This document shows, one piece after another, positions 1 to 13,801 of a DNA stretch of 64,000 nt. Every line of letters starts with the position of its first letter. Positions within the stretch are counted from its first letter, which is position 1. The notes beneath the pieces are model-generated. The model was not told where the DNA came from and made no database searches. It worked only from the letters and a program-made list of their open reading frames with translations. The position numbers were made by a program, and so were the translations under genes. This DNA is from Octopus vulgaris (lineage: Eukaryota): NCBI GenBank assembly GCA_951406725.2, contig OX597819.1, positions 6,510,001 through 6,574,000 on the forward strand, written 5' to 3'.

Positions 1-326
1 TGCTCGTGAAATTAACGTGTAAGTGGCTGAGCACTCCACAGAAACGTGTACCCTTAACGTAGTTCTCGGGGATATTCAGCGTGACACAGACAGTGACAAG
101 GCCGGCCCCTTTGAAATACAGGTACAACAGAAACAGGAAGTAAGAGTGAGAGAACGTTGTGGTGAAAGAGTACAGCAGGGATCACCACCATCCCCTGCCG
201 GAGCCTCGTGGAGCTTTTTAGGTGTTTTCGCTCAATAAACACTCACAACGCCCGGTCTGGGAATAGAAACCGCGATCCTATGACCGCGAGTCCGCTGCCC
301 TAACCACTGGGCCATTGCGCCTCCAC
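1..326 (-). mobile_element. tRNA-derived SINE family A (3' end cut off by window edge)
   Basis: Reverse complement is near-identical to 42909-43230 and 52467-52790; head GGCGCAATGGCCCAGTGGTTAGG...GGTTTC(G/T)ATTCCC has Pol III A/B-box-like motifs. Confidence 0.9.
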
Positions 327-689
327 ACACACATACATACATACACACACATACATACATACACAGACACAAATATATAGATTGCAAAATCGTAAAATAT
401 TGTGTAATAAAACACTGTTGTAATTTGCGAGGCATTTACTACTAATTAAAATACACGTACTGGTTGAATTGCACTTCAGTTTTATTATCAATTAATGAAA
501 TAACTTGTTTAATTAATTAATTAATTAATAAACTGATTAAATGTGTTATCGGATTTCTTTCGCCAGAGCTTCTGATCTAACCTATGGCAATGTCACCCTC
601 TATACATTCATTGCTTAATGTTGCGTGCCTAATATATAATGTTCAAGCCTGTTCATACGATCGTCACCAGCGCAAATGTGCGTAAATGC

Positions 690-1099
690 GCATCGAGAAT
701 TCGTTCACCAGGACTTGACCGTCAATCGAGAGTTCAACTGCGACGTTTTGAAGCAATTGAGGGAAGACGTTCAGCGAAAGAGACCGGATCTATTAAGCGC
801 GTACAACTGGATTCTTCACGACGACAATGCACTCTGTCACCGAGCTCTCCTTACTCTTGAGTTTCCCGCCAAAAACATGCTATCGCTTCCGCACCCTCCC
901 TATTCGCCAGATTTAACACCTGCGGACTTCCAATCTCTTTCTCGAGATGAAAATGCAGCTCAAAGGTCGCCGTTTTAACACTGAGCGAATCTTGTTGCAC
1001 AAGGTGCGTATTTCGAAGGATAATGTGTGAAAACTTAAGTAAATAAGTCATCCTTTATTAAATATTACTAGTCCTGGAACTTTGTGATATCACCTCGTA
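690..1099 (+). pseudogene. Mariner transposase 3' fragment with right TIR
   Basis: ORF 676-978 has WILHDDNA..H and HPPYSPDLTPADF (mariner DD34D motifs), then frameshifts; ends GTCCTGGAACTTTGTGATATCACCTCG-TA, a mariner-type TIR plus TA. Confidence 0.85.
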
Positions 1100-1360
1100 C
1101 ATAGAAAAGCTTGTACATAGAAACCTCGTACATAGAAAAGCATTACCAATGTAAAAAAATACACGTATGTAGGAAACATAAATCAGTCAGGAGAGTGTTT
1201 GGGAAGCCTATCTCGTGAGCATATGTGCATTGAGCTCTAACACGAGGTCATCAGCATTGTCATGCCTAAATGAAACATATCAAAATGTAACTGGATGTGA
1301 ATCGCTGGAGATTTGTTTTTCTTCTGCCTTCCTTTTCTGTTGGAGTCTCCTCTGTCTCCT

Positions 1361-1394
1361 GTTTCTGAAGAAGAGCTTTGCTCGAAACATAAAC
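1361..1394 (+). ncRNA. Minimal type-I hammerhead-like motif in a short PLE-type terminal repeat (about 1300-1500)
   Basis: GTTT-CTGAAGA-A-GAGC-TTT-GCTC-GAAAC-ATA-AAC; flanks are homologous to 20190-20365. Confidence 0.65.
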
Positions 1395-1543
1395 CCTTCT
1401 TTCTTTCCTTCCCTGAGCGTTTTCTAATACTTTGCATGTACCACGTCCTCGCGTTGTTGTTTTTTACTTGTTGTTTTCTTCGTTTTGGGGGGTGAAGGAT
1501 TTACTATTATATATATATATATATATATACATACATACATACA

Positions 1544-1576
<33 letters not shown>

Positions 1577-3067
1577 TCTTCCTCTAATAGAATATATATA
1601 TATAGACCACTCAAACTACTAAAAAATGGAATCTCAAGAGCAATGAACCAGGACATCACACAACTCAGAACTCCAAAAACGAAAAACAAAGAAAACATCA
1701 TCCCTTTCATAAACACACACAATCCTGGAGTTACCAACACGTTTCAAATCATACATTCAAACTTACCAATAGTCCTACAAAGCCCCAGTAGACGACAAGA
1801 CAAAAACCTGAAGAAACAACTAACAAGAACGAAATTCTCATCAGAGACTAAAACCGAATTCGTTGTAAAAGAGTGCAGAGATGGTAGATGTGGGATCTGC
1901 AGTAACCCCACCTACAAATATATAGAGGGAGACAAACAAATAAAATTTAAGAGTGGTCACATATTCAAAGTAAATGCAAACATGAACTGCAAGACGTAGA
2001 ACGTAATATACTGCATAACATGCCCCACATGCAAGGAGAATTATATAGGCGAAACTGGAAATTCTTCATGCCAACGAGTCAGAATTGACCGACAACTTGT
2101 TCGACAGGAGGAACTGCGAAATATTTCACTGAGTAAACACCTAGATACATGTGGAGAAGGAAAATTTAAGATCTTTCCTTTGTATCAATGCCCAAAGAAT
2201 GACACCTCCTTCAGGAAAAATATGGAAATATACTTCATAACAAAGTTCTCCTCCAAATTGAATAGCGGAAAATATTTCTATAATAATGTGTACTAGATGA
2301 AGGACAAATTGTGAAAAGTAAATTGTATTAAAAAAAAAAAACACACACACAGTACTACACATATGTAGATATACATAGATATAAACAGTCTTTCATCCAG
2401 ATTCTCCAACCCATATCAGCACAGGAATCAAACATTGGATTGAAAGAACTGAACAGCGGTATAAATGTCAACACAATTATTTATTCTTCCTCTCTTCCTT
2501 CATTCTTCCCTTCTCTTTTCCATTGACACCCCTTTCAGATACACAGGCACATACACACACAAACGCACATACTCTCTCTCACACACACACACACAAGACC
2601 ATGATAAAAAGAAATCCAGACAATTTTTTGAGAAGTGCCATTTTGCCCCCTTTGAAGTGACAAGCTGGATTTGCCATTTCTAAAAGCCAAAATCACGTAC
2701 TATTGAAAGACTGACCAGCTGCAAAGATGTCAACACATTTTTCTTTTTTCTCTCCTCCTTCTACCCTTCCTCCTCTTTTGCATTGACACTCTTTCAGATA
2801 CAAAAGCACACACACACATACACACATACATACACAAACGCACTCTCACTTTCTCCCAATTCCTCACCCTCTTGTACTATCTTATATTTCTCTGTACTCC
2901 TAAACACTCAATAATACTATAAAAAGAAACAAAATTCCCGAAAGACTTCAATCTGACGACTCCACTAGAATGGACGCAAGCGCTAATATATGATTTATAA
3001 AAACATTTGTCATATTAATAAATATCTATAAATATAAAACCATCCAGATATCTGAGTACCTCATTTC

Positions 3068-3073
<6 letters not shown>
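1577..3073 (+). mobile_element. Penelope-like element, 5'-truncated: Cys-rich linker, GIY-YIG endonuclease and 3' region
   Basis: ORF 1643-1999 (CRDGRCGIC...MNCKT) continues past a stop into NVIYCITCPTCKENYIGETG..RVR..SKHL..C...EIYFITKF...LN; flanked by (TA)n/(TACA)n; terminus repeated at 9055-9265. Confidence 0.88.
2951..2988 (+). ncRNA. Degenerate hammerhead motif in Penelope 3' terminus
   Basis: CTGACGA-C-TCCA-CTAGAA-TGGA-C-GCAAG-CG-CTA; the sister copy at 9198-9238 (-) retains GAAAG but has TTGAAGA. Confidence 0.55.
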
Positions 3074-3131
<58 letters not shown>

Positions 3132-3157
3132 CATATATATTATATACATATATATAC

Positions 3158-3233
<76 letters not shown>

Positions 3234-3240
3234 ATATATA
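3074..3240. repeat. (TA)n/(TACA)n microsatellite, representative of dozens in the window
   Basis: Directly visible. Confidence 0.98.
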
Positions 3241-3299
3241 TCATATTATATTGTATTATATTATATTATATCATTCTATGCCAATACAAAACCTGCAAG

Positions 3300-3800
3300 A
3301 GATACCAGCCATTCAAACCTCAAATTTTGGTCTTAACATTCGAGGAACAGTTTATACGTGGGTGCAACAGGCATGAATAAAAAAAAACTGTCTCTGAATA
3401 TTCGAGAATAACCGGATTTGTTGGAACTGCGATATACGATCTGTGTGCCATCAATTTTGAACCCATTGTTTTCTATTTGTTACTTCGTGTCAAGATATGC
3501 CCTTGCACCGTTTTTTTCCATTGCTATTTGGACCACTCTTCTATGTGGCTCATATCTTTACGCAAAGTTAGAATATCGCCTTCAAATCTCTATTTCCACC
3601 ATGTTTCCTTCTGTCCGTCTACTTTCCTCTCTTTCTCTCCAACAAGTTCACCTACTAAAATTGAAGCAGATCTGATCAAACCCTTTGTTTACGTCAGATC
3701 TTTTATCAGCATGTATTTCAGAATCTCAACATTTTTGGGTCACACGTTTCACATTGTTACAGAGGGAGCCTTTTAAATTCACCAGCTTGGTCTCTGTTCA
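3300..3800 (-). pseudogene. R4/Dong-type non-LTR retrotransposon, degenerate pre-RT fragment
   Basis: Minus strand reads SASILVGELVG..KETWWK*RFEGDILTLRKDMSHIEEW...RISQFQQIRLF, resembling the region upstream of RT in RLE-type LINEs; abuts a (TTA)n array. Confidence 0.6.
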
Positions 3801-3815
3801 TTATCATTATTATTA

Positions 3816-4569
<754 letters not shown>

Positions 4570-4573
<4 letters not shown>

Positions 4574-5077
4574 TAGTTTTATTTTTATTTTTATAGCGTG
4601 CTTTCACTTCACTACCGAGCGCAGCTCTGTGTGCCTTGGGTATGTGCTGTGATTTGTTGTGATGCTCTGATGGTTATTGTATGGAAAGTGTTCTGCGTAG
4701 GATGTGTGCAGTGCCTAGTAGTGCAATTTTCTGTATGTTATATGTGTTTGTAAGTCCTGGTGTTTTTGTTATGTATTTGTCTGAATATTTTTTTATCATG
4801 CCTAATGCACCTACTATGATAGGAATTGTTTCTGTTTTCAGATTCCACATTCTAGTTACCTCTATTTCCAGGTCTTTGTATTTTGAGAGTTTCTCCATTT
4901 CTTTTAGAGACACGTTGTCATCTGCCGTTACTGATACATCAATTAGAAAGCATTTTTTTTCTTCATGGTCTCTGACAACTATATCTGGTCTGTTGGCCTT
5001 AATTTCTCTATCTGTGTGTATCGGCATATCCCAGAGTATGGTTGCTTTCTCGTTTTCTGTGACCTTTTCTGTGACCT
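4570..5077 (-). mobile_element. R4/Dong-type LINE 3' end (restriction-like endonuclease plus 3' UTR)
   Basis: ILWDMPIHTDREIKANRPDIVV..CFLIDV..KEMEKLSKYKDL..IIVGALG..QKIALLGTAHILRRTL (PD..D RLE motif); near-identical to 37190-37683; flanked by (TAA)n. Confidence 0.92.
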
Positions 5078-5085
5078 TATTATTA

Positions 5086-5147
<62 letters not shown>

Positions 5148-5249
5148 GTTGTTGTTATTATTATTATTATTAGTAGTAGTAGTAGTAGTAGTAGTAGTAA
5201 TATTGTTGTTGTTGTTGGTAGTGTTTTTGTTGTTGTTGTTGTTTATATA

Positions 5250-5385
5250 AGTGCGGCGCACTGGCAGAACCTTTAGCGCCCCGCACAAAATGCTTTGCGT
5301 ATTTTGTCCGTCTTTACGTACTAAGTTCAAATTCCTTCGAGGTCTACATTGCCCTTTTTACTTTCGGGGTTAATAAAATAAGAAC
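5250..5385 (+). mobile_element. SINE family C, diverged partial copy
   Basis: GCGGCGCACTGGCAGAACCTTTAGC...AGTTCAAATTCC..GAGGTC matches 17917-18150 (-). Confidence 0.65.
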
Positions 5386-5970
5386 CCCCACCTCCAAAAG
5401 TTTAAGATTGTGTCTATAGTTGAAAGGATTACTATTTAGACCAAGATTACGCACTTGGTATCTGGAATGCCGTCAAGTGCACACTGTCGTCTGTTAGTTG
5501 GGCAGTGCGACCGGTCTAATTCTACGCTAGCAATATATAGAAATCTAGTGATGGGTAAGAGGTGAACAAGAGTTTTGTTAGAAGATACCATTTTTGATTG
5601 TTACCCCGCCTAGGTGCTGGTTGTTACAGGAAAGATGTGTTTTCCAACTAGTCATGCCGTTCTCAGTCAGTGCACACACCTTCTCAGCTATTCCACACGG
5701 TCAAAATGTATTGCAGTATTTCTTTAGATTCTTTACATGCCGAAATCACCGACAGCTACTTCACCTTCCATTCTTTCAGTCGATAAAATAAATACAAGTC
5801 AAGTGCAGGGGTCAATGTAATCGACGTAACCCCTCAACATTGCTGACTTTGTGCGAAAATTCGGAAGAATTATTATTATCCTCATCATTACCAAACAATT
5901 ATTCTATTTTAGCATCCAGCGGCAATTATATATACAGCTTTAGTGATACCTTTCACTTATAATCAATAAT

Positions 5971-6131
5971 AGGCGCAGGAGTGGCTGTGTGGTAAGTAGC
6001 TTGCTAACCAACCACATGGTTCAGTCCCACTGCGTGGCATCTTGGGCAAGTGTCTTCTGCTATGGCCCCGGGCTGACCAATGCCTTGTGAGTGAATTTGG
6101 TAGACGGAAACTAAAAGAAGCCTGTCTTATA

Positions 6132-6204
<73 letters not shown>

Positions 6205-6420
6205 TTGTGTGTCTGTGTTTGTCCCCCTAGCATTGCTTGACAACCGATGCTGGTGTGTTTACGTAAAAGGTCACTTAGCGGTTCGGCAAAGAGACCGATA
6301 GAATAAGTACTGGGCTTACAAAGAATAAGTCCCGGAGTCGATTTGCTCGACTAAAGGCGGTGCTCCAGCATGGCCGCAGTCAAATGACTGAAACAAGTAA
6401 AAGAGAAAAAGAGAAAGAGA
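5971..6420 (+). mobile_element. SINE family B with internal (TA)n(TG)n tract
   Basis: GGCGCAGGAGTGGCTGTGTGGTAAG head, CTTGGGCAAGT, internal microsatellite and GACTGAAACAAGTAAAAGAG tail; many copies in window. Confidence 0.92.
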
Positions 6421-6835
6421 ATATATGTAAACACATGTACACACAGGCAAATATATGTGCGCGTATTCATGTGTGTATATGTATGTAAGTATATTTGATA
6501 TTAATTGTATGCACAAACTCAATCAAGAACATAGTGAAATGTTTTAGTCTCAATATCATTTAGTTATATAATGGAACTTCGATTACAAATTCCTACATTC
6601 TTGTTCTGCGGCAGTATTGAAAATCTTGCATTTTCCAGTCTTCTTTTTAAATCTGTAAATAGTTTCCTCTAATTTAGTTAACTTTGTTGCCAATTCACCA
6701 AACAAAATGGTGGGTCTGAAATGATAGAAACCTCTCACTTGTTCAGTTTCCTCTGCATTCCGGGAGGCGAGACTTCAAATTACGAAGTATAAACCTAAAG
6801 CTCAACAACAATTACCAAGCAGGTACTACATGAAG

Positions 6836-6899
<64 letters not shown>

Positions 6900-6902
6900 T
6901 CT

Positions 6903-6959
<57 letters not shown>

Positions 6960-6999
6960 TGTGTGTGTTTGTTTTTGTGTGTGTGTGTAAACTCGCAGA

Positions 7000-7975
7000 A
7001 CTTCTGAAGTTTGCAACTGATTTTCTCCAAACTGGGAACATACATTACTTATGTCCCAGAGATGGTTTTAGACTCTTACAAGTTTTCACATAATGAGTAA
7101 TGGGGCCCCAGGTTGCAGAAAACTCCCTTTCCTGAGGTATGTACGACTGCCTGCATGGTCCACACATTGCTTCTGTTCAGACTGGGGGAAACAATTTGAA
7201 TGATACAAGTAGATTGTATAAAATGGATGAACCGATGTAGACTTCAAATTACGTTGTCCAATGATAGCTTGTTCCTGTAGTACCATGGGTAGCAATTTGT
7301 TGGAATAAAAATTGTTTGGAACGTTCTATGCCTATTATGAAAAATATGCTAATATATGTTAAATCCTGAGCACCTATTCAACTATTTTCTTTTAACTTCA
7401 GTATCAAAGTCTTTCTTCTAAACATAGATGAAGACCATACAAATATTCTACAACTATTGATTACAAACCGTAATATCGCATGTACATAAACCTACTAATT
7501 TAAGGTGACTAAGACCCAATTATGTCAATCAGAGACCATGTCCTTAACGTGATCATGCGTGCCCGGAAGTTGCATGCAGAATTGTTTTCGCTTGATAGCT
7601 GAGTAGTCCTCGCTATGGTCGGACGCTTTTTTGCACGAAGGGATGTAGGTACGATTAAGCCGCAACTATTGATTAAAAATCGAAATATCACTTAGCAGTG
7701 TTGTTTTGAAGCGTTTCTTCCTAATTCCACCCCTTACCCGGCCATTTCTTTCATGTAGATTTCTCTCATGTGGTGCTGTTGGGGCCGCCCACAGGCTTAA
7801 TTTGTCAAATAGATGTACTTCCTATTTCTGCTGATTGTTCAGCATGGTAACGGCAGCGCCGACAGCTGCAAAGGAGAGAATATCCACTGAGAGCTTTTTG
7901 ATGCGTTCAAAAATCACATACTCCACCCCATCCACTTTTCCATGACAAGGTTAGAGCCTGGAATCTTCCCAATTG
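7000..7975 (-). pseudogene. Possible highly degenerate DNA-transposon (Sola2-like) transposase remnant
   Basis: Scattered minus-strand motifs in different frames (CHGKVDGV, HGTTGTSYH, SFLQPGAP, YVPSLEKI) resemble Sola2 motifs in plausible order; recognised by eye only. Confidence 0.3.
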
Positions 7976-8126
7976 ACGCATGATATGTCAATTAGTCAAA
8001 TTAGTGCTTCATTTACTTTACAAATGTTTTGTTGTCAATGCTTACCCGTCTTACGTGTTTCAACGTCACTGTACCACATTTACAAACTATGCAAATTCGA
8101 ATCCCGAGCCACGCTGGGTGTCTGCC

Positions 8127-8183
<57 letters not shown>

Positions 8184-8711
8184 GGGTGTGATTGTGTCTG
8201 TGTTTGTCCCTCACCGCCGCTTGTACTTCTAAATATTCAGGAAAATATATGTATGTGTGTATGTATGTATGTATGTGTGTATGTATGTATGTGTGTATGC
8301 ATGAATGAATGTATGTATGTATGTATGTATGTATGAATGTATGTAAGTATATATGAATGTATATATATATGAATGTATGTATGTATGTATGTATTGTATG
8401 TATGTATGTATGTATGTATGTATGTATGTATGTATGTTTGTATGTATGTATACGTATGTATGTATGTATGTATGTATATATGAATGTATGTATGTATGTA
8501 TGAATGAATGTAAGTATATATGAATGCATGAATGAATGTATGTATGTATGTATGTATGAATGTATGTAAGTATATATGAATGTATATATATATGAATGTA
8601 TGTATGTATGTATGTATGTATGTATTGTATGTATGTATGTATGTATGTATGTTTGTATGTATGTATACGTATGTATGTATGTATGTATGTATGTATGTAT
8701 GTATGTATGTA

Positions 8712-8996
8712 TGTGAGTGGATTTGGTAGACGGAAACTGAAAGAAGCCTGTCGTATATATGTATATATATATGTATGTGTGTGTGTTTGTGTGTCTGTGT
8801 TTGTCCCCCTAGCATTGATTGACAACCGATGCTAGTGTGTTTACGTCCCCGTCACTTAGCGGTTCGGCAAAAGAGACCGATAAAATAAGTACTGGGCTTA
8901 CAAAAGAATAAGTCCCGGGGTCGAGTTGCTCGATTAAAGGCGGTGCTCCAGCATGGCCGCAGTCAAATGACTGAAACAAGTAAAAGAGTATAGGAG

Positions 8997-8998
<2 letters not shown>
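8712..8998 (+). mobile_element. SINE family B, 5'-truncated (a more diverged 3' half lies at 9340-9553)
   Basis: Matches 20910-21199. Confidence 0.88.
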
Positions 8999-9054
<56 letters not shown>

Positions 9055-9058
<4 letters not shown>

Positions 9059-9265
9059 AAAAGGTTTGGAGGTGATGTACAAGTATTATATATTAGAAGA
9101 AATGAGGTACTTAGAAATCCGGAAGGTTTTATATTTACACATATTCATTAGTATGTTACATGTTTTTATAAATCATATAACACATATCATATATCATATA
9201 TTAGCGCTTTCGTCCATTCTAGTGGAGTCTTCAAATTGAAATAAGTTTTTGCAGGAATTTTGACT
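9055..9265 (-). mobile_element. Solo Penelope-type 3' terminus with hammerhead-like motif
   Basis: Reverse complement aligns to 2930-3073 (GACTCCACTAGAATGGACG...AGTACCTCATTTCTTCTAATAT); adjoins (TA)n. Confidence 0.75.
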
Positions 9266-9715
9266 CATTTTATAGTATTATTGAGTGTGTAGTGGTGGGG
9301 AGAGATATAAGATAGTATATGGGGAGAAAGTGAAAGAGAGAGTGTGTGTGTGTCTATCTGTGTTTGCCACCCACCTCTGCCATCACTTGACAACTGATGT
9401 TGGTTCTCGAAAGTTAGCGATTCAGCCAAGGAACCTGATAGAATCATTACTACGCTTACAAAGAATAAGCCCTGGGTCTGATCTCTTCCACTAAAATACT
9501 ATAAGTCGGTATTCCAGCATGTCTACAGTCAAATGACTGAAACGAGTAAAAGGATGTGTGTGTGTGTGTAGTTTCAAATCTCTATGCGAGAAATAGTAGT
9601 AACAGTACTACAGAGCTAAGTTTATTTGCTTAACGTAAAGCAGCAGTCCTGATTAGGACGGTGTTACTACCCTTTTAGCCCCAAGGAAAAAAAATTTCCA
9701 CCTGGGTATCGATGC

Positions 9716-9761
<46 letters not shown>

Positions 9762-11749
9762 ATGCATGCATGTATGTATGCATGTATGTATGTATGTATG
9801 TATGTATGTGCACACATACACGCACATATACTTCCACACACAACCTCTCGTTCACACTCTTATTGCAACGGACCTCCAGTTTTTCTAAACCCTGTAAAAG
9901 AGCTCAGAAGATTTAGCATCCAAGAGGGCCTTTCGTGATACCCTCAAAGTCAGGAACTTTTCAGCAACCGCTTTGTAGTTCTTGCAGAAGTCATGGGCAC
10001 CGCGTTTTCTCATTCGAGAAAACATAGAAATGTTGATCTGCATATGCAGCTGCGTTGAATATGTTGTTTATTTACATTAAAAAGTGCATAAAGCAAAACT
10101 CCATAACAACTCCATACCCAAAGAAACTAGAATCAATTATAATTTAGTTTGAAAAATTTATCGGTAATGATCATAAGAAAATACTTTTAAACTGGTAAGA
10201 TATATCAAAAACGTATATTATTTCAGTAATTTAATCTGACAATGTCCAGAATATTTCTAACCACGTTTTAGAGCTCTATTTTCCGACTAGTTTTCTTTGT
10301 TTCCCCGGTTTTGGTATTTTTTTCCAGTTTCGGCATGATGTCACAGAACGCCTTGCTATTATCACAAAATATACTTACTTTCTATGCTATTTTAATTATG
10401 ATCCGTTAAATATTATCGAAAATGCTTCTACTTTACTATTTCCATAATTATTAACTGAGAAAGAGTGACTCGTACTTCGAAACTGACCCTTTAAAGAGCT
10501 CAAATTCTAAAAACGTATGAAAAAAAATTGAGATATAAAGGGTCTAGAAATGAATTTATAAGCGGGTAATTTCCAAAGACATCAGTTGAAATGATAGTTT
10601 ATAAATAATGTTTACTAATCAGGAGCCTGTCAATTGCACTATAAACTCGGTAACGCAACCACTTATGTATATCTTTGATGAAGCGGAAATTGAGAAATCG
10701 GCCGCCACCCTCGCCTTTGTGCTGCATCTGTCAAGCTACATTAAAATTCTAATAATGTCTGGAGGCGTTTGTTAATGTAATAACTTCACAGTGCACCCTA
10801 ACTCTAAAGTATAGGTCCTCCTTGTCAAATGAAAATAAACAAAAAGTGAAAATTTTCATAATTACATTATTAAATTGCCAATCGAGCATTGAAATAAAAA
10901 TCAACATCAAATCCATTCAACAACACTTGCATTATTTTTTTAAGACAACAGAAGTATTCGAATAAATTACATCACTGAAGGTGTGTATGCAAAGGTGTGT
11001 ATGCTTATGTGTGTTTCTGTGTCGTCGTGTATGTGGGTATGTTTGTGCGTTCGAGTAAGTGTGTGTGCGTGTGCGTTTTGTATAGAATGCTTAATAGAAA
11101 AGGTTAATTTTCTACAATGTATGTTCAAAGGTGTTTGAATTGAATGTGGAACCAAAGCTTAAAATTCTTCCTTTATTAACGCGTTTGGCTAAAAGGCTTG
11201 CTTCACTTGCAGTTAATTAACCGTTTCCCTTACTTCCTTGCTTCTCTCGCCCGTTCGTTAATTAACTCTTCAGCTGGAACAATAAATATTAATCCCGATT
11301 CAATGTGATTGATTTGAGTTATGTGTTTATAGAATTATTTAATTATTTGTTTTTAATGTAGAATTTGTTTCGGCCGCTCAACCGCGACGACCACTACTTC
11401 TGTTTATATGTTTCAGCTACATGCTCCGATGATGCCATTTCTTTTAATTCTCCTACTTTCAGTCCTTTTTGGCAGAAATCAATAGACACGTGCCAGTCCT
11501 TGTACGAAAGCACGGAATGGAAATCATTTCTACTTTTATCAACGGGAATTTGAAGTTTGATTTTTAACTTTTTCCTGCATTTTCTAGGATTGAATTTCAG
11601 CTTTTTATTCATTCGTTTATATTTCTACAATGTTTTAATTATATTCTTCAATATTTTTACCGAATTAAGACGAAAAGAAAACAAATTCATAATGCCAGGA
11701 ATGAAAAAGAATAAATACAATGATGTAACTAGCTTGCTAGCAAGCTAAC

Positions 11750-11786
11750 TAGACAGACAGGCAGAAAGACAGACAGACAGACAGAT

Positions 11787-11839
<53 letters not shown>

Positions 11840-11880
11840 TAGACAGACAGACAGACAGACAGATAGACAGACAGACAGAC

Positions 11881-11948
<68 letters not shown>
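11750..11948. repeat. Compound (GACA)n/(GATA)n/(GA)n microsatellite
   Basis: Directly visible; a similar array lies at 21841-22101. Confidence 0.97.
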
Positions 11949-11950
<2 letters not shown>

Positions 11951-12174
11951 GAAATAAGAAATAAGAATATGGAATGATGTAAAAAATATGTACATAAAGA
12001 GAAAAGGAAAGAAACGCTAATATAGTCAAAAGATATCCAGAGAAGTTGGAAGAGAGAAAATAGAATAAAGAGAGGCAGACAAGAAAATATCTAAAGAATG
12101 AACGTGATGACAAAACTATAGACAGAAAAATAAAGAGAGAGAGAGAGAAAGGGAGAGAAGGAGAGAGAAAATGT

Positions 12175-12225
<51 letters not shown>

Positions 12226-12884
12226 CCGGGAGATTATGAAGAAAGAATTCGAAGAGAGTTCAGGAGATTATAAAAGGGAGGGATGATGTAGAAACGAGTG
12301 AGAAGATAAGAGATTATGAAGAAAGAGCGAAAGAAAAAAAAATTAAGAGAAGGGAGAGAGAAATGTTGAGAATGGAGCATGGAAATGATTATAGCAAAAG
12401 CAGTAAAAACTGAAAGAAAACAGAATATTAAATATAAAGGAGAGAAAAGACATTCTAAAGAACTGAAAACAGGTAAACGGCTTATGGAGATTATCGTAAT
12501 ATCGAGTTAACTTAATCTAAAACTAGGTGCTTTGTATATTTTTTCTCAGAAATAAACATTTATTTAGAGTATCAACAGTTGTATGGTTTAGTACGGAAAG
12601 AATCAAATGATGTGATGATGCTACTTTTTTGGCTTTGATCAAATAAAAGACTATAATAAATAACACACATAGTAGAGTGTATGCTGAGCACATAACGTTG
12701 ACGAAATACCGCAACTTTTTCAAGTATTTCTTCGTCAACAGGATGACGAAAGATTCAAGGAAGTAGTTACCTCGAGGGCAGCTAAGCCTAATACTTCGAT
12801 CATACACATGCATATAGCATGTGACAGAGAACATGTATGTATGTGTGTATGTTTGTATGTATGTATGTATGTATGTATGTATGT

Positions 12885-13080
12885 ATGATATATTTACGTA
12901 TATATATATATATATATTCAAAACAAGGTTGTATATCTTGCCTTAAAGTTTTGCTTTTTTACATACATAGAGATATGTACAAATATGCACATACATATAT
13001 CTGTGTATGTATATGTGTAGGTGCATATATATATGTATGTATGTATGTATATGATATGATGATATGTATATGTGTATGTA

Positions 13081-13125
<45 letters not shown>

Positions 13126-13365
13126 ATATGTATGTATGCATGTATGTATGTATGTATGTACGTATGATATGTTTACGTATATATATATGTATATTCAAAA
13201 CAAGGTTGTATATCTTGCCTTACAGTTTTGTTTTTTTACATACATATATATGTACATATATGCACATACATATATGTGTATGTATATGTGTAGGTGTATA
13301 TATATATGTATGTATGTATGTATATGATATGATGATATGTATATGTGTATGTATATATGTATATA

Positions 13366-13375
<10 letters not shown>
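12885..13375. repeat. Tandem duplication (unit about 275 bp) inside a (TATG)n/(TA)n field
   Basis: ATTCAAAACAAGGTTGTATATCTTGCCTTA and downstream sequence recur at about 12916 and 13193. Confidence 0.85.
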
Positions 13376-13401
<26 letters not shown>

Positions 13402-13483
13402 TGTATGTATGTATGTATGTATGTATGTATGTATGTATGTGTATGTATGTGTGTATGTTTGTTTTTATGTTCAGTTATACTAT

Positions 13484-13520
13484 CCGTTGATAAGAGACAA
13501 TAATCTCGAAACCGGTCCGG
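13484..13520 (+). ncRNA. Minimal type-I hammerhead-like motif, U3-A8 core variant
   Basis: CCG-TTGATAA-GAGA-CAATAA-TCTC-GAAAC-CG-GTC-CGG: stem I CCG/CGG, stem II GAGA/TCTC, palindromic ACCGGT and a GUC triplet. Confidence 0.7.
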
Positions 13521-13801
13521 TGCGTATCACTCAGGCTTACGAGAAAGGGATGGCCTCCCTTTGCAAATACTTTAAGGGCACAGAAAGTGTGTCTAAAGCC
13601 AGCTGGAGACGATGATCTCCTGGGGCTAAAAAGCTACAGTAACATCCCCACCCCCCTTTGTGATTAGCCGTATTGAGATGGCTTTTATACTTTACATTGT
13701 CGAGCGGTTACTGTTCACATCACGTTCTGAGATTTAATAATGCTATAATAAAAACCTGATGGATTAACCTATACATATTTTTAAAGCACAAATTTATTAC
13801 A

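Noticed and set aside
1195-1258. Minus-strand CTGATGA followed by a CTCGTG/CACGAG hairpin
   Set aside because: No GAAA adjoins the stem.
8080-8835. Many YI, CV, HT and MYVC ORFs here and at about 12.8, 19, 23.8, 48, 58 and 63 kb
   Set aside because: They are translations of (TA)n, (TG)n and (TATG)n microsatellites.
11245-11278. Minus-strand CTGAAGA-GTTAATTAAC-GAAC hammerhead look-alike
   Set aside because: GAAC instead of GAAA, and no stem I or III partner or cleavage triplet.
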